A stretch of DNA of 63,975 nucleotides, filler included, from Chiloscyllium plagiosum (GCF_004010195.1; 5 parts of one record of this genome joined end to end with filler, not necessarily neighbours in it); one strand, 5' to 3'; shown: positions 51,305 through 63,975, numbered from the whole stretch's first letter. Notes: a model not told the origin generated them from the sequence alone. Numbers and translations: made by a program.

Positions 51305-52354
51305 GTAGAATATCAAGACAAAGGGCCACAAAGAATTTTACTGAGTGCACATGTATGAAAATGAAAGGAGGTTTTTTGGGCTGTTTTTTCAAGGTTGTTT
51401 AATTGGAAGCATCAAACTATTCTCTCTGCTCTTTATCCTGTATCCTTGAATCCTTTTTGTGATATTTCTCATCTGTAGATGAAATGGGGAACATTATCAG
51501 AAAACGCCACAGAATGGAACAAAGTTGAGAAAGGAATGATTGCATCATTTTAAAATACTCTGATTTTAAGAGATAGTGTTATGTAAGCTTGCCTGTTCAC
51601 TCTACTGTACGAGCTGCTGCCCATCATCACGGTTGCTGACACTATCACCTGTAATTGTAACTAGAGGTAACGTTGGTATAGCATGATCAAGGATAACACT
51701 TCCTGGTCTACCTGGACAAATCTCTTGTTGTTAACGAGATGTCGCTTAATGTAATGCAGCAGCTAATTACAAGTTGCAGAGATATGATAGACATTGTTGC
51801 AGAGACTTACAGTAGGGCCTGAATGTTAGAGCTCAGTCCTCAGTGCACAAGGTACACACGACATCATCATTGTTAATGGCACTCCTTAGCATTAACCCTT
51901 TCAGACTCATTTACAACTGTCAGTAGTTTAGGACTTGGAGTGAAATCTGCATTCAGCCTGGAGTGTACCATTCTGAAGGTTAAATAACCTCGAATTTTCC
52001 TCCATTTTTACACCACACACCAACAGATAGAAGTGGAGCCGAAAATGGAGATGGAGACACGCCGATTGTGTGTTATGGATTAAGGGAACAACAAGATGGA
52101 GAAGCTGATCAGTGAAGGAATGATTGTTCATTAATATGTTAACCGTACAGACTGCACAGTGATTCCTCAGCTCCCCACAGCATTTTAAACAGGATATAAT
52201 TTCATCATCGCCCAATATGTTTCACAGTCAAACTAAAGGGTACTCTGAAACTATTTTTGACTGATCAGCAGTGAGCTTAGGTTTTACTAATCTCAGCATC
52301 TTTTAGAGCAATGATGGGCTGCTGAAATTAGCTTCAGTAACCTCTAACTAATCT

Positions 52355-52700
52355 CAGCCAGGATCCCTGATCCCTAATCCGATATCAGAATATGTTCATT
52401 CCAGCCAGAATCCCTGATCCCTATCCAATATCAGAATATGTTCATCCCAGCCAGGATCCCTGATCCCTATCCGATATCAGATTACATTCATCCCAGCCAC
52501 GATCCCTAACCGATATCAGAATGCATTCATCTCAGCCAGGATCCCTGATCCCTATCCGCTATCAGGATATGTTTTATCCCAGTGAGGATCTATGATCCCT
52601 GATCCCGATCCAATATCAGAATATGTTCGTTTCAGCCAAGATTCCCTGACCCTTATCTGATGCTGAGAAATTATTATCCCTGTCTGGATCGCTGATCTCT
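52355..52700. repeat. ~46-bp minisatellite CCCAGCCAGGATCCCTGATCCCTATCCGATATCAGAATATGTTCAT, about 7 copies
   Basis: Direct reading. Confidence 0.9.
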
Positions 52701-52894
52701 GTCTAAGGTTGGGATATATGTATCTCAGTGAACATCAAATGGCCTGACAACACTTGGATCTGGGTTCTCACATGAAAAATAGCAGCTGATGGTTGATGAA
52801 AAATGCATGTTGATGTGGAAGGTAACATCTTTCAAAAAAAGGAACCATTTGTGTTCAAAATATTGCATAATAAATACTAATGGGGTTTGAAAGC

Positions 52895-53222
52895 AACAAA
52901 TGCTGGCAATCACAGCTGGTCAGGCAGTGTCCATGGAGACACAGAGAGTTCACAAGGTAAAAACAATGACTGCAGATGCTGGAAACCAGATTCTGGAGTA
53001 GATTGGTGTTGGAAAAGCACAGCAGTTCAGGCAGCATCATTGCTGCTTTTCCAGCACCACTCTACTCCAGAGAAAGTTCACAGTTTGAGATGATTGAAGG
53101 AGCAGTGCTCCGAAAGCTTGTGATTTCAAATTACTGTAATTACTGTAATTACTGTTGGACTGTAACCTGGTCTCGTGTGAATTCTGACTTTGTCTACCCC
53201 AGTCCAATACTGACACCACAAC
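52895..53222. mobile_element. Cluster of PLE terminal-repeat fragments (family A fold-back 52950-53070; family B 53095-53222)
   Basis: Homology to 18075-18244 and 9800-9920. Confidence 0.7.
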
Positions 53223-53934
53223 ATCATGGCTTTCAAATTCAGGAAGACTTGGACAATATCCAGACTTGGGTTGACAGGTAGCAAGTAACATTCGCACTAT
53301 GAGGCAATGGTCATCCCAAACAAGAGCGAAGCTAATCTTCACCATTTGAACTTCAATGGTGTAATTATTGATCCCCCCCCTCCCCCCCATTGTTGGGACT
53401 GGAGTGTGGTATGGGACACCAGACATTGTGCGGAGGCCCTGTGTTGAGATGTTACACTAATGTCTATTTACAATTTCCTATCATACTGTAATGTCAACCC
53501 TTTAATAATGTCCTATTTTAAATTTCTTTTTCAACTCTAAGTAATACAACTACCTTTATCCCTCTGTTGTATCAAGAACTGAAGGCAGACTAGTATGAAG
53601 GTGTAGAAGTGACTGTATCTTTAAGAGAGTTGAAAAACGAGCAAGGACTGACAAAGCATAGAGAGTCCTGAACAAAGTAAAAATATAACACTTGGTCGAA
53701 ACCTGCAGATGAGTTGCCATGAAACAAAAAACAAATTCGGCCAATCAGTTTAAATTATGCCCCAAGATACCAAAATCCAATCAAATTTGAATGTAGTATA
53801 ATATAATATTATAATATTATATTCCCATGTATATATTTTTATAATATTAAAACCAAGAGCAGAAGAGCTCTCCGAAAGGTACCTATCTATCAGAGGTTGG
53901 CGCAGCAGAATACTGAAGCTGACCAAGAGAAAAT

Positions 53935-54220
53935 TCTAGGAGAAAGTGAGGACTGCAGATGCTGGAGATCAGAGCTGAAAAATGTGTTGCTGGAAAAGCG
54001 CAGCAGGTCAGGCAGCATCCAACGAGCAGGAGAATCGATGTTTCGGGCATAAGCCCTTCTTCAGGAATGAGGAGGGTGTGCCAAGCAGGCTAAGATAAAA
54101 GGTAGGGAGGAGGGACTTGGGGGAGGGGCATTGGGAATGCCGATAAGTGGAAGGAGGTTAAGGTGCTTCAGGGCAGAGATGACCTGGGGGGTGCAGTGAG
54201 AGAGGGACTCACTGAAATCC
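53935..54220 (-). mobile_element. PLE family A terminal repeat + short internal piece; hammerhead-like core at 54037-54064
   Basis: Homologous to 3860-4020; CUGAAGA-A-GGGC-UUAU-GCCC-GAAACAUC. Confidence 0.78.
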
Positions 54221-54426
54221 TGGGCTGAGAGGTGGCAAATGGAGTTTAATGTGGCCAAGTGTGAGGTGATACACTTTGGCCGGAGTAATCGGAATGCAAA
54301 GTACTGGGCTAATGGTAAGATTCTTGGGAGTGCAGATGAGCAGAGGATCTGGGTGTCCATGTACACAGATCCATGAAAGTTGCCACCCAGATTGACAGGG
54401 TTGTTAAGAAGGCATACAGTGTTTTA
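54221..54426 (+). mobile_element. CR1 fragment
   Basis: WAERWQMEFNVAKCEVIHFG...RDLGV-like. Confidence 0.85.
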
Positions 54427-56079
54427 GAACATAGAACAGTACAGCACAGAACAGGCCCTTCAGCCCACGATGTTGTGCCGACCATTGATCCTCATGTATG
54501 CACCCTCAAATTTCTGTGACCATATGCATGTCCAGCAGTCTCTTAAATGTCCCCAGTGACCTTGCTTCCACAACTGCTGTTGGCAACGCATTCCATGGTC
54601 TCACAACTCTGTGTAAAGAACCCGCCTCTGTCTCCAATGTATAAAGTCCGAGCTCAGTCAACCTCTCTTCATAAGATAAGCCCTCCATTCCAGGCAGCAT
54701 CCTGGTAAACCTCCTCTGAACCCGCTCCAAAGCATCCACATCTTTCTTATAATAGGGCGACCAGAACTGGACACAGCATTCCAAGTGCAGTCTAATCAAA
54801 GTTTTATAGAGCTGCAACAAGATCTCACGACTCTTAAACTCAATCCCCCTGTTAATGAAAGCCAAAACACCATATGGTTTCTTAACAACCCTGTCCACTT
54901 GGGTGGCCATTTTAAGGGATCTATGTACCTGCACACCAAGATCCCTCTGTTCATCCACACTGCCAAGAATCCTATCCTTAATCCTGTACTCACCTTTCAA
55001 ATTCAACCTTCCAAAATAGCTTCACCTCGCATTTATCCAGGTTGAACTCCATCTGCTACCTCTCAGCCCATCTCTGCATCCTGTCAATGTCCCGCTGCAG
55101 CCTACAACAGTCCTCCATACTGTCAACGACACCTCCAACCTTTGTGTCGTCTGCAAACTTGCTGACCCATCCTTCAATCCCCTCATCCAATAAAAATTAC
55201 AAGCAGTAGAGGCCCAAGGACAGAGCCCTGTGGAACACCACTCACCACTAACTTCCAGGCAGAATATTTTCCTTCTACTACCACTCGCTATCTTCTGTTG
55301 GCCAGCCAATTCTGTATCCAGACAGCTATGTTCCCCTGAATCCCATTCCTCCTGACCTTCTGAATGAGCCTACCATGGGGAACCTTATCAAATGCCTTGC
55401 TGAAGTCCATATACACTACATCCACAGCTCGATCCTCATCAACTTTTCCAGTCACATCCTCAAAGAACTCGATAAGGTTTGCGAAGCATGACCTGCCCCT
55501 CACAAAGCCGTGCTGACTGCATTTAATCAAGCCATGCTCTTCCAGATGGTCATAAATCCTATCCCTCAGAATCCTTTCTAATACCTTGGATGACAGACAT
55601 GGTCTGTAATTGCCGGGGATTTCCCTATTTCCTTTCTTGAAGAGAGGAATTACATTTGCCTCTCTCCAGTCCTCAGGTACAACTCCAGTGGAGAGCGAGG
55701 ATGCAAAGATCTTCGCAAGTGGTGAAGCAATCGCATTTCTCGTTTCCCAAAACAGACGAGGACAAATCTGGTCCGGGCCTGGCGACTTGTCAATCTTAAT
55801 TTTTGACAAAATTTTCAGCACATCAGCTTCCTCTATCTCTATCCATTTCAGCGTGCACACCTGCTCTTCAAAGGTTTCATTCACTACAAAGTTTGTTTCT
55901 TTCATAAAGACAGAAGCAAAAAACTCATTTATGGCTTCCCCTACCTCCTCAAACTCCACATACAAGTTCCCTATGCTATCCCTGATCGGCCCTACTCTTT
56001 CTTTGACCATTCTCTTATTCCTCACGTAAGTGTAAAATGCCTTTGTGTTCTCCCTAATCCGTTCTGCCAAGCCTTTCTC
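54426..56079 (-). mobile_element. Young CR1 ORF2 fragment with 3' tail
   Basis: ORFs 55288-56070 and 54506-55006 with the CR1 RT motif set; (TTCTATG)n tail near 54426. Confidence 0.94.
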
Positions 56080-56179
56080 NNNNNNNNNNNNNNNNNNNNN
56101 NNNNNNNNNNNNNNNNNNNNNNNTTAATTAATTAANNNNNNNNNNNNNNNNNNNNNNNNNNNNNNNNNNNNNNNNNNNN

Positions 56180-57030
56180 GGGATTAAATACCCCCTTCAC
56201 CCGGGGGCTGTAACCGGGGATTAAATACCCCTTTCACCCGGGGGGGAAACCTGGATTAAATACCCCCTTCACCCAGGGGGTAACCGGGATTAAATACCCC
56301 CTTCACCCGGGGGTAACCAGGATTAAATACCCCCTTCACCCAGGGGGTAACCGGGATTAAATACCCCATTCACCCGGGGAGGGTAACCGGGAATAAATAC
56401 CCCCTTAACACGGGGGGGAGAAACCAGGATTAAATACCCCTTTCACCCGGGGGGATAATCGGGGATTAAATACCCCCTTCACCCGGGGGTAACCAGGATT
56501 AAATACCCCCTTCACCCAGGGGGTAACCGGGATTAAATACCCCATTCACCCGGGGAGGGTAACCGGGAATAAATACCCCCTTAACACGGGGGGGAGAAAC
56601 CAGGATTAAATACCCCTTTCACCCGGGGGGATAATCGGGGATTAAATACCCCCTTCACCCGGGGGGTAACTGGGGATTAATACCCCCTTCATACCCCCTT
56701 AACACGGGGGGGAGAAACCAGGATTAAATACCCCTTTCACCCGGGGGGATAATCGGGGATTAAATACCCCCTTCACCCGGGGGGTAACTGGGGATTAAAT
56801 ACCCCCTTCACCCGGGGGGTAACCAGGATTAAATACCCCCTTCACCCAGGGGGGTAACCGGGGATTAAATACCCCCTTCACCCGGGGGGGGGTAACCGGG
56901 ATTAAATACCCCCTTCACCCGGGGGTGTAACCGGGGATTAAATACCCCCTTCACCCGGCGGGTGTAACCGGGATTAAATACCCCCCCTTCACCCGGGGGC
57001 GGTGGGGCGGTGGTGCTGAGAAACCGGGAT
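56180..57030. repeat. ~35-bp variable minisatellite GGGATTAAATACCCCCTTCACCCGGGGGGTAACC
   Basis: About 23 units; a multi-unit block is duplicated (about 56288-56470 vs 56463-56650). Confidence 0.95.
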
Positions 57031-57109
57031 TATAAACCTGTATTAAACAGTGGATGGAGTTGCTGTGGGAGTCCTCAACATTGACACCAGTCACATCTTC
57101 AGTTGATGT

Positions 57110-59465
57110 ATCAGACCTCCTCCATGTTGAACAACTCTTGGTGCTGAGGGTGTAAAATGTACTCTGGGTGTGGGATTTCAGTGTCCCACCACCATGACTG
57201 GCTCAGCAGCAGCGCTACTGATTGAGCTGGTCAGGTCCTCAAGGACATAGCTGCTAGATTGGGTGTAGAGCAGGTGGTGAGGGAACCAACAAGAGAGAAA
57301 AGCATACCTGACCTCATCCTTACCAATCTGCCAGCTGTGGATGTGTCTATCCATGACAGGATCAGAAAGAGTGACTACCACACGGTCCTTGTGGAGACAA
57401 AGTACCACCTTCACATTGAGAGTACCGCCATCATGTTGTGTAGCATTATTTCTGTGCTAAATGGGACAGATTTCAAACACTCAAGACTGGGCATCCATGA
57501 CACACTGTGGGCCATCAACAGCAGCAGAATTGTACTCCAGCACAATCTGTAACCTCATGGCCTGGCCATATGCCCCACTCAACCATTACCATCAAGCCAG
57601 GGGATCAACCCTGGTTCAATGGAGAGTGCAAGAGGGCATGCCAGGAGCAGCACCAGGCAGACCTGAAAATGAGGTGTCAACCTGGTGAGGCTACCAAACA
57701 GGATTACTTGTGTACCAAACAGCATAAGCAGCAGGTGATAGAGCTAAGTGATTCCTCAATGGATCAGTTGTGGTGGTAGATAATTAAATAATTCACTGGA
57801 GGAGGAGACTCCATAAATATCCCCATCCTCAATGATAGAAGAGCCCAACATATTAGGCTGAATCATTCGCAGCAATCTTTAGCCAAAAGTGCCGAGTGGA
57901 TGATCCATCTCGGCCTCCTCCAGCTGTACCCACCAGTCTTCAGTCAATTTGATTCACTCCACGTCATAACAAGAGACTGTTGGAGACACTGGAAACCACA
58001 AAGGCTGTATGCCCTGACAACATTCTGGCAATAGTACTGAAGAATTATGCTCCAGAACTTGTTATTCCCCTAGCCAAGCTCTTCCAGTACAGTCATAACA
58101 CTTGTATCTATATGACAGTGTGGAACATTGCCCAGGTTTGTCTTGTACACAAAAACCTAATCCAACCCGGCCAGTTACTGCCTTATCAGTCTATTCTTGA
58201 TCTTCAGTAAATTAATGGAAGATGTTACCAGCAATGCTATCAAGCAGCACCTGCTCAACAATAACCCAATTTGGGTTCTGCCAGAGCCACCCAGTTCCTG
58301 ACCTCATTACAGCCTTGGTTCAAACATGGTCTAAAGAGCTGAATTCCAGAGGTGAGGGGAGAGGGACAGCGCTTGACATCAAGGCTACATTCAACTGAGT
58401 GTGGCATCAAGGAGCCCAGGCAAAACTGGAATCAATGGCTATCAGGGGCCAAACTCTCCGCTGGTTAGAGTCATACCTGGGGCAGAGTAAGATGGCTGTG
58501 ATTGCTGGAGGTCAGTCATCTCAGCTCCAGGACATCTCTACAGAAGTTCCTCAGGGTAGTGTCTGAGGCCCAACCATCTTCAGCTGCTTCATCAATAACC
58601 TTCCCTCCATCATAAGGTCAGAAGTGAGGTTGTTCACCAATGCTTAAACAATGTTCAGCACCATTCACAACTCCTCAGACACTGAAGCAGTCCATGTTCA
58701 AATACAAGAAGATCTGGACAATATCCAGGCTTGGACTGTCAAGTGGTAGGGAGCATTCGCACCACACAAGCACCAGATAATGACCATCTCCAATAAGAGA
58801 CAATCTAACCACCAGCCTTGACATTCAACGGTATTACCATCACTGAACCCTCAATGTCAACATCCTGGGGGTTACCATTGACCAGAAATTCAACTGGACT
58901 CGCTAGATAAACACAATGTTTACAAGAGCAGGTCAGAAGTGAGGATAACTGCAGTGAGTAACTCACCTCCTGACTCCCCAAAGCATCATCTACAAGGCAC
59001 AGGTCAGGAGTGTGATGGAATACTCCCCACTTGCATGGATGGGGGCAGCTCCAACAACACCAAGAAGTTCAACATCTCCAGGACAAAGCAGCTGCTTCAT
59101 TGACACTGCATCCACAAGCATCCACTCCCTCCACCACTACCAATCAGTAGCAGCAGTGTGTACTACCTACGTGATACACTGCAGAAATTCAGCAAAGATC
59201 CTCAGACCGCACCTTCCAAACTCACGATCACTTCCATCTGGAAGGGTGTGGTCAGCAGATACATGGGAACACCACACCTACAAATTCCCCTCCAAGCCAC
59301 TTACCATCCTAACTTGGAAATATATTGCTGTTCCTTCACTGTCACTGGGTCAAACTCCTGGAATTCCCTCCTAAAGGGCACTATGGGTCTACCTCCAGCA
59401 CACAGACTGTAACGGTTCAAAAGGCAGCTCACCACCATCTTCTCAGTTGCAACTATGGACAGGTA
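57110..59465 (+). mobile_element. Second CR1/L2-like LINE family, long decayed ORF2 (EN-RT-3' end)
   Basis: EPTREKSIPDLILTN, SDYHTVLVE, DQPWFNGEC, VPQGSV, YKAQVRSVMEYSPLAW. Confidence 0.88.
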
Positions 59466-60459
59466 TCTACTGACCTAATTTTTATATGAACAGAACAGAA
59501 TTTAAAAATCTCAAAACTGCCACATGAGGTTTAGCATGTTTGCTAGATTATTAATCTGTCTCTTGACTATTGCATGTAAACATAGCCACTACTAACCAAA
59601 AGGATCAACTGACCATTATATTTAAAAAAAACTTCTTATAGCTTCTTCTGTTGTGATGTTCAGACTTGAAATAGGAATTTAGTCGTCTAATTGTATGTTT
59701 CAGTGTCGAGAATTTCTGTTAAAATGTGCGTGACAGCACTTCTGAAGGTGATGACCTAATTACATTACATTTTGTTTCAGTCGCGACTTGGTTGACATTG
59801 TTTCTTCTGAATGATTTGTGCCTTGGCTGTTTTAGTTCAACTGTGACAGTTTGTACAGGAATTGTATTTTGCCTGGTGGCAATCTGTCATTCAGATATTT
59901 TGTCAGATATGACAGGTTCGTTTTTGAAGCTTTCTTAAGTGGTCATTCTACTGCGTTCCTAAAACTCAATTTCACAATAGCTCAGATCTCCTGTGGTGTT
60001 CAGGAGAAGGCCAGTCTGGCCACTTCTAAATAATGAGATCATTACGGATTTTCACCTCAACACCATGGACCACCTTTACTCCATAGCCCTCAATACACTA
60101 ACCTGACAAAGACCCATCTCAGTCTTGAAACCTCCATTTGACCCACGAGATCCCCAGCCTCAGGGAACACACAAGAAAAAAAGAGCAGGAGTAGATGATT
60201 CAGCCTGTCACAACTTTTCCACCATTCAAGATGATCGTGGCTGATCTCCATTTTACCACTGATTCCCCAGATTCCATGACTCCCAGAAAGATCATAAATC
60301 AGTCTATCCCATCATCCTTAAATGATTTCAACAAGGAAGGCGCCACAGAGCTCTTGGATAGAGACTCCAATGATTCACAACCCTTTGAGTAAAGCAATTT
60401 CTTCTCATTTCTATATGTCCTGGATGTAGTGTCCTGTGGTGTGTGTCACACTGCAGCAC

Positions 60460-60917
60460 ACAGTAACAGGGTTCTGCAGTCACTATCACAGTGAAACAGC
60501 CTGGGAGGAGGTTCCAACAGTCACCATCACAGTGAAACAGCCTGGGAAAAGGGTCCTACAGTCATCATCACAGTGAAACAGCCTGGGAAGAGTGTCCTAC
60601 AGTCACTATCACAGTGAAACATCCTGGGAACTGGGTCCTACAGTCACTATCACAGTAAAACAGGCTGGGAAAAGTGTCCTACAGTCACTATCACAGTGAA
60701 GCAGCCTGGGAACATGGTCCTACAGTCAGAATCACAGTGAAACAGGCTGGGAACTGGGTCCTACAGTCACAATCATAGTGAAACAGGCTGTGAAGAGTGT
60801 CCTACAGTCACTATCACAGTGAAACAGGCTGGGAAGAGGGTTCTACAGTCACTATCACAGTGAAACAGCCTGGGAAGAATGTCCTACAGTCACTATCACA
60901 GTGAAACATCCTGGGAA
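60460..60917. repeat. 41-bp minisatellite ACAGTCACTATCACAGTGAAACAGCCTGGGAAGAGTGTCCT, about 11 copies, runs into a gap
   Basis: Period 41 measured between 60477 and 60518. Confidence 0.95.
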
Positions 60918-61017
60918 NNNNNNNNNNNNNNNNNNNNNNNNNNNNNNNNNNNNNNNNNNNNTTAATTAATTAANNNNNNNNNNNNNNNNNNNNNNNNNNN
61001 NNNNNNNNNNNNNNNNN

Positions 61018-61187
61018 ACAGCTGAAACTGACAACCGGAAGCGGCAGGGACCGGCCCATTTAAATGCCGGAGGAAACACCACAGAAGCGCTTCACAGGAG
61101 GCTCCCAAGCACTGAGGATGTCACCGAGACAGGGGACGAAAAGTTTGCAACAAAAACTTCCAGCTCGGCGAACAGAACCACAACAAC
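61018..61187 (+). mobile_element. PLE family C terminal repeat with degenerate hammerhead (61109-61148)
   Basis: Reverse-complement homolog of 20137-20310. Confidence 0.82.
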
Positions 61188-61189
61188 CA

Positions 61190-61640
61190 GGGGTCAATAA
61201 CATCAGGCCCGAGGGACTTAGCCATCTTAATGCTCTTCAAGAGACCCAACACCACTTCTTTGTTGATCTCAAAATGCATACCCCCAGCCCCCCCCACCCC
61301 CCCACCCCCCCACCCAGCATATTATCAAGGTCCACCCAAACCTCACTATCCTCCATATCCTTCTCCTGGGTGAATACTGATGCAAAGTCTTCATTTGGGA
61401 TCGCACCCACATCCTCTGCCTCCAAGCACAACTTCCTTTCTTTCCCATTGAGTGGTCTTGCCTTCTCCCTTGTGCTCTTGTTTTTAATGTACGTATCAAA
61501 TACCTTGGGATTCTCTTTAACCCTATTTGACAAGATCATTTTACGGCCCCTTCTTGCTCCCCTGATTCCCTGCTCTGGTTCGTTCCTACTTTCCTTCATC
61601 ATGGGCCCAGTCTGATTTTAGCCACCTAAACTTTACGTGT
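61190..61640 (-). mobile_element. Decayed CR1 ORF2 linker fragment
   Basis: RVKENPKVFDTYIKNK...NEDFASVFT. Confidence 0.78.
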
Positions 61641-61811
61641 ACTTCATTTTCCCTTTTGAGTGAAGTGAATTAATCTAAGAGTTGTGGCTGTCTCCCGAAA
61701 CCGGTGTCCCTGTAACCCTCCCTTTTGTTTTAATTTCAGAAATATACTTTATTCATCCAATTTTTTTTATGCGTAGATAGTCACTTCAACAGTTCGGTTC
61801 TATTCAGTGGT

Positions 61812-62030
61812 ATGGAGGTGTCAGTGTTAGACTGGGGTGGGCAAGGTCAGAAGTCATGCAATACCAGGTTCTAGTCCAACAGGTTTGTTTGAACTCACAG
61901 GCTTTTGGAGCGCAGTCCCTTTGTCAGGGTGAACTCAACTTCATGTGATAAAGGGTCAGTGCTCCAAAATCATGTGATTTCAAATAAACCTGTTCGACTA
62001 TAACCTGATGTGGTCTGACTTTTGACCTTG
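61812..62030. mobile_element. Inverted pair of family B terminal repeats
   Basis: 61812-61930 minus and 61945-62030 plus; imperfect fold-back. Confidence 0.65.
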
Positions 62031-62219
62031 CTATATACTGTAGCATATAAAGGAACAAACAAACAAACATTGGAGTTTGTTTCCAGCCAGCAAATAAAGC
62101 AAAGGCAGTTCTCATTTGTTCAAGATTATATTTACAAATATTCGGGGTACCAGGGTGGGCTCCAATACTGAGGGTTAGAGGTTTATAAAATCATCAGGAG
62201 CATGGATAGGGTAAATAGA

Positions 62220-63975
62220 CAGGCCTCCCAACAGTGAGCGTGAGGTAGGAGAACATATAGGTTAACAGATTATGGAAAGATGTAGAGGCAACAGGGTGGT
62301 GGTGATGGGAGATTTAACTTTCCCAACATTGACTGGGATATCCTTAGTGTCAGAGGTCTGGATGGGGCAGAATTTGTAAGAAGCGTCCAGGAGAGATTTT
62401 TGGAGCAGTATGTCAATAGTCCGACGAGGAAGGGGCCATATTGGACCTGGTACTGGGGAACGAGCCAGGATAGATGGTAGAAGTTGCGGTGGGGGATTTC
62501 TTTGGGAACACTGACTACAATTCTGTAAGTTTTAGAATTGTAGATAAAGAAGAGAGTGGTCCTAAGGGAAGAGTACTAAACTGGGCCAAGGCCAATTATA
62601 TCAAAATTAAGCAGGAGCTGGGAAATGTGGATTGGATACAGCTATTTGAAGGGAAGCCCATATTTGAGATGTGGGAGACTTTCAAAGATAGGTTAAAGAT
62701 AGTACAGGATCGGCATGTCCCATTGAAGGCAAAGGATAGGAAGGGCAAGATTCATGAACCGTGGATGACGGGAGAAATTGTACGACTGGCCAAGAGGAAA
62801 AGGGAAGCGTACATAAGCTCTAGGCAGTTAAGAACAGAACAGGCCCTGAAGGAATATTGGAAGAGTAGGACAAGTCTTAAATGAGGAATCAAGTGGGCTA
62901 AAAGGGGTCATGAAATAGCTTTAGCGAGCAGAATTAAGGAGAATCCCAAAGCATTTTATTCTTATATAATAAGCAAGCGGAAAACTAGAGAAAGGATTGG
63001 TCCCACTAAAGGATAACGAAGGAAGGCTGTGTGCTGAACCTGAGAGAATGGGTGAGATACTGAATGATTACTTTGCATCAGTGTTCACTGAGGAGAGGGA
63101 CATGATGAATGTTGAGATTAGAGATAGAAGTTTGATTACTCTGGATCACATTTGCATAAATAGGGAACAGTTGTTGCAAGTGATGAATAAATATGTCCCT
63201 CTGAGACAGGCAAGAAGTGGGAAGATAAAGGAACCTTGGATGACGAGAGCAGTGGAGCTTCTTGTCAAAAGGAAAAAGGTAGCTTACGTAAGGTGGAGGA
63301 GGCTAGGGTCAAGCTCAGCTCTACAGGATTACAGGCAGGCAAGGAAGGAGCTTAAAAATGGTCTGAGGAGAGCCAGGAGGGGGCACAAGAAAGGCTTAGC
63401 AGAACGGATTAGGGAGAACACAAAGGCATTTTACAATAATGTGAGGAATAAGAGAATGGTCAAAGAAAGAGTAGGCCCGATCAGGGATAGCATAGGGAAT
63501 TTGTGTATGGAGTCTGAGGAGGTAGGGGAAGTCCTAAATGAGTTTTTTGCTTCTGTCTTTACGAAAGAAACAAACGTTGTAGTGAATGAAACCTTTGAAG
63601 AGCAGGTGTGCATGCTGGAATGGATAGAGATAGAGGAAGCTGATGTGCTGAAAATTTTGTCAAACATTAAGATTGACAAGTCGCCAGGCCCGGACCAGAT
63701 TTATCCTCGGCTGCGTTGGGAAACGAGAAATGCAATTGCTTCGCCACTTGCGAAGATCTTTGGACCCTCGCTCTCCACTGGAGTCGTACCTGAGGACTGG
63801 AGAGAGGCAAATGTAATTCCTCTCTTCAAGAAAGGAAATAGGGAAATCCCCGGCAATTACAGACCAGTCAGTCTCACGTCTGTCGTCTGCAAGGTGTTAG
63901 AAAGGATTCTGAGAGATAGGATTTATGACCATCTGGAAGAGCATGGCTTGATTAAATGCAGCCAACACGGCTTTG
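62220..63975 (+). mobile_element. CR1 ORF2, two abutting subfamily pieces (junction near 63165), running off the window
   Basis: MGDFNFPNIDW, ILDLVLGNE, KENPKAFYSYI, then a second RIRENTKAFY...KSPGPDQIYPR...QHGF. Confidence 0.92.

Noticed and set aside
51603..51712. Minus-strand peptide GRPGSVILDHAIPTL resembling a SEA-domain GSV site
   Set aside because: Short, ends in a stop, and has no surrounding SEA fold or partner exons
59726..59938. Hydrophobic 70-aa ORF / exon-like segment
   Set aside because: Weak donor, no recognisable motif, and an equally plausible open frame on the opposite strand

Overview
Vertebrate genomic DNA, almost certainly elasmobranch (shark-like), inferred from HE1-type V-SINEs with (TCTAA)n tails and CR1 LINEs with (TTCTATG)n tails. 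Most of the window is decayed or nested retroelements: many CR1 LINE fragments, a second CR1/L2-like LINE family, HE1, Deu- and Meta-like SINEs, one young Tx1/L1-type 3' fragment with a 12-bp target-site duplication (TSD), and at least three families of Penelope-like elements (PLE; RT + GIY-YIG). It also holds about eight tandem-repeat arrays (21, 27, 29, ~32, ~35, 41, 46 and 47 bp units) and assembly gaps, four of them padded with a synthetic TTAATTAATTAA linker. No host protein-coding gene could be named; a few weak spliced-exon candidates lie in the unique sequence. The most striking signal is a minimal hammerhead-ribozyme motif (CUGANGA-N-stem II-GAAA-palindrome) in the terminal repeat of each PLE family, with family-specific covarying stems. 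The second is a recurrent pattern of inverted or palindromic retroelement insertions. Repeat family names come from recalled consensus motifs, not database searches, and boundaries of decayed elements are approximate.
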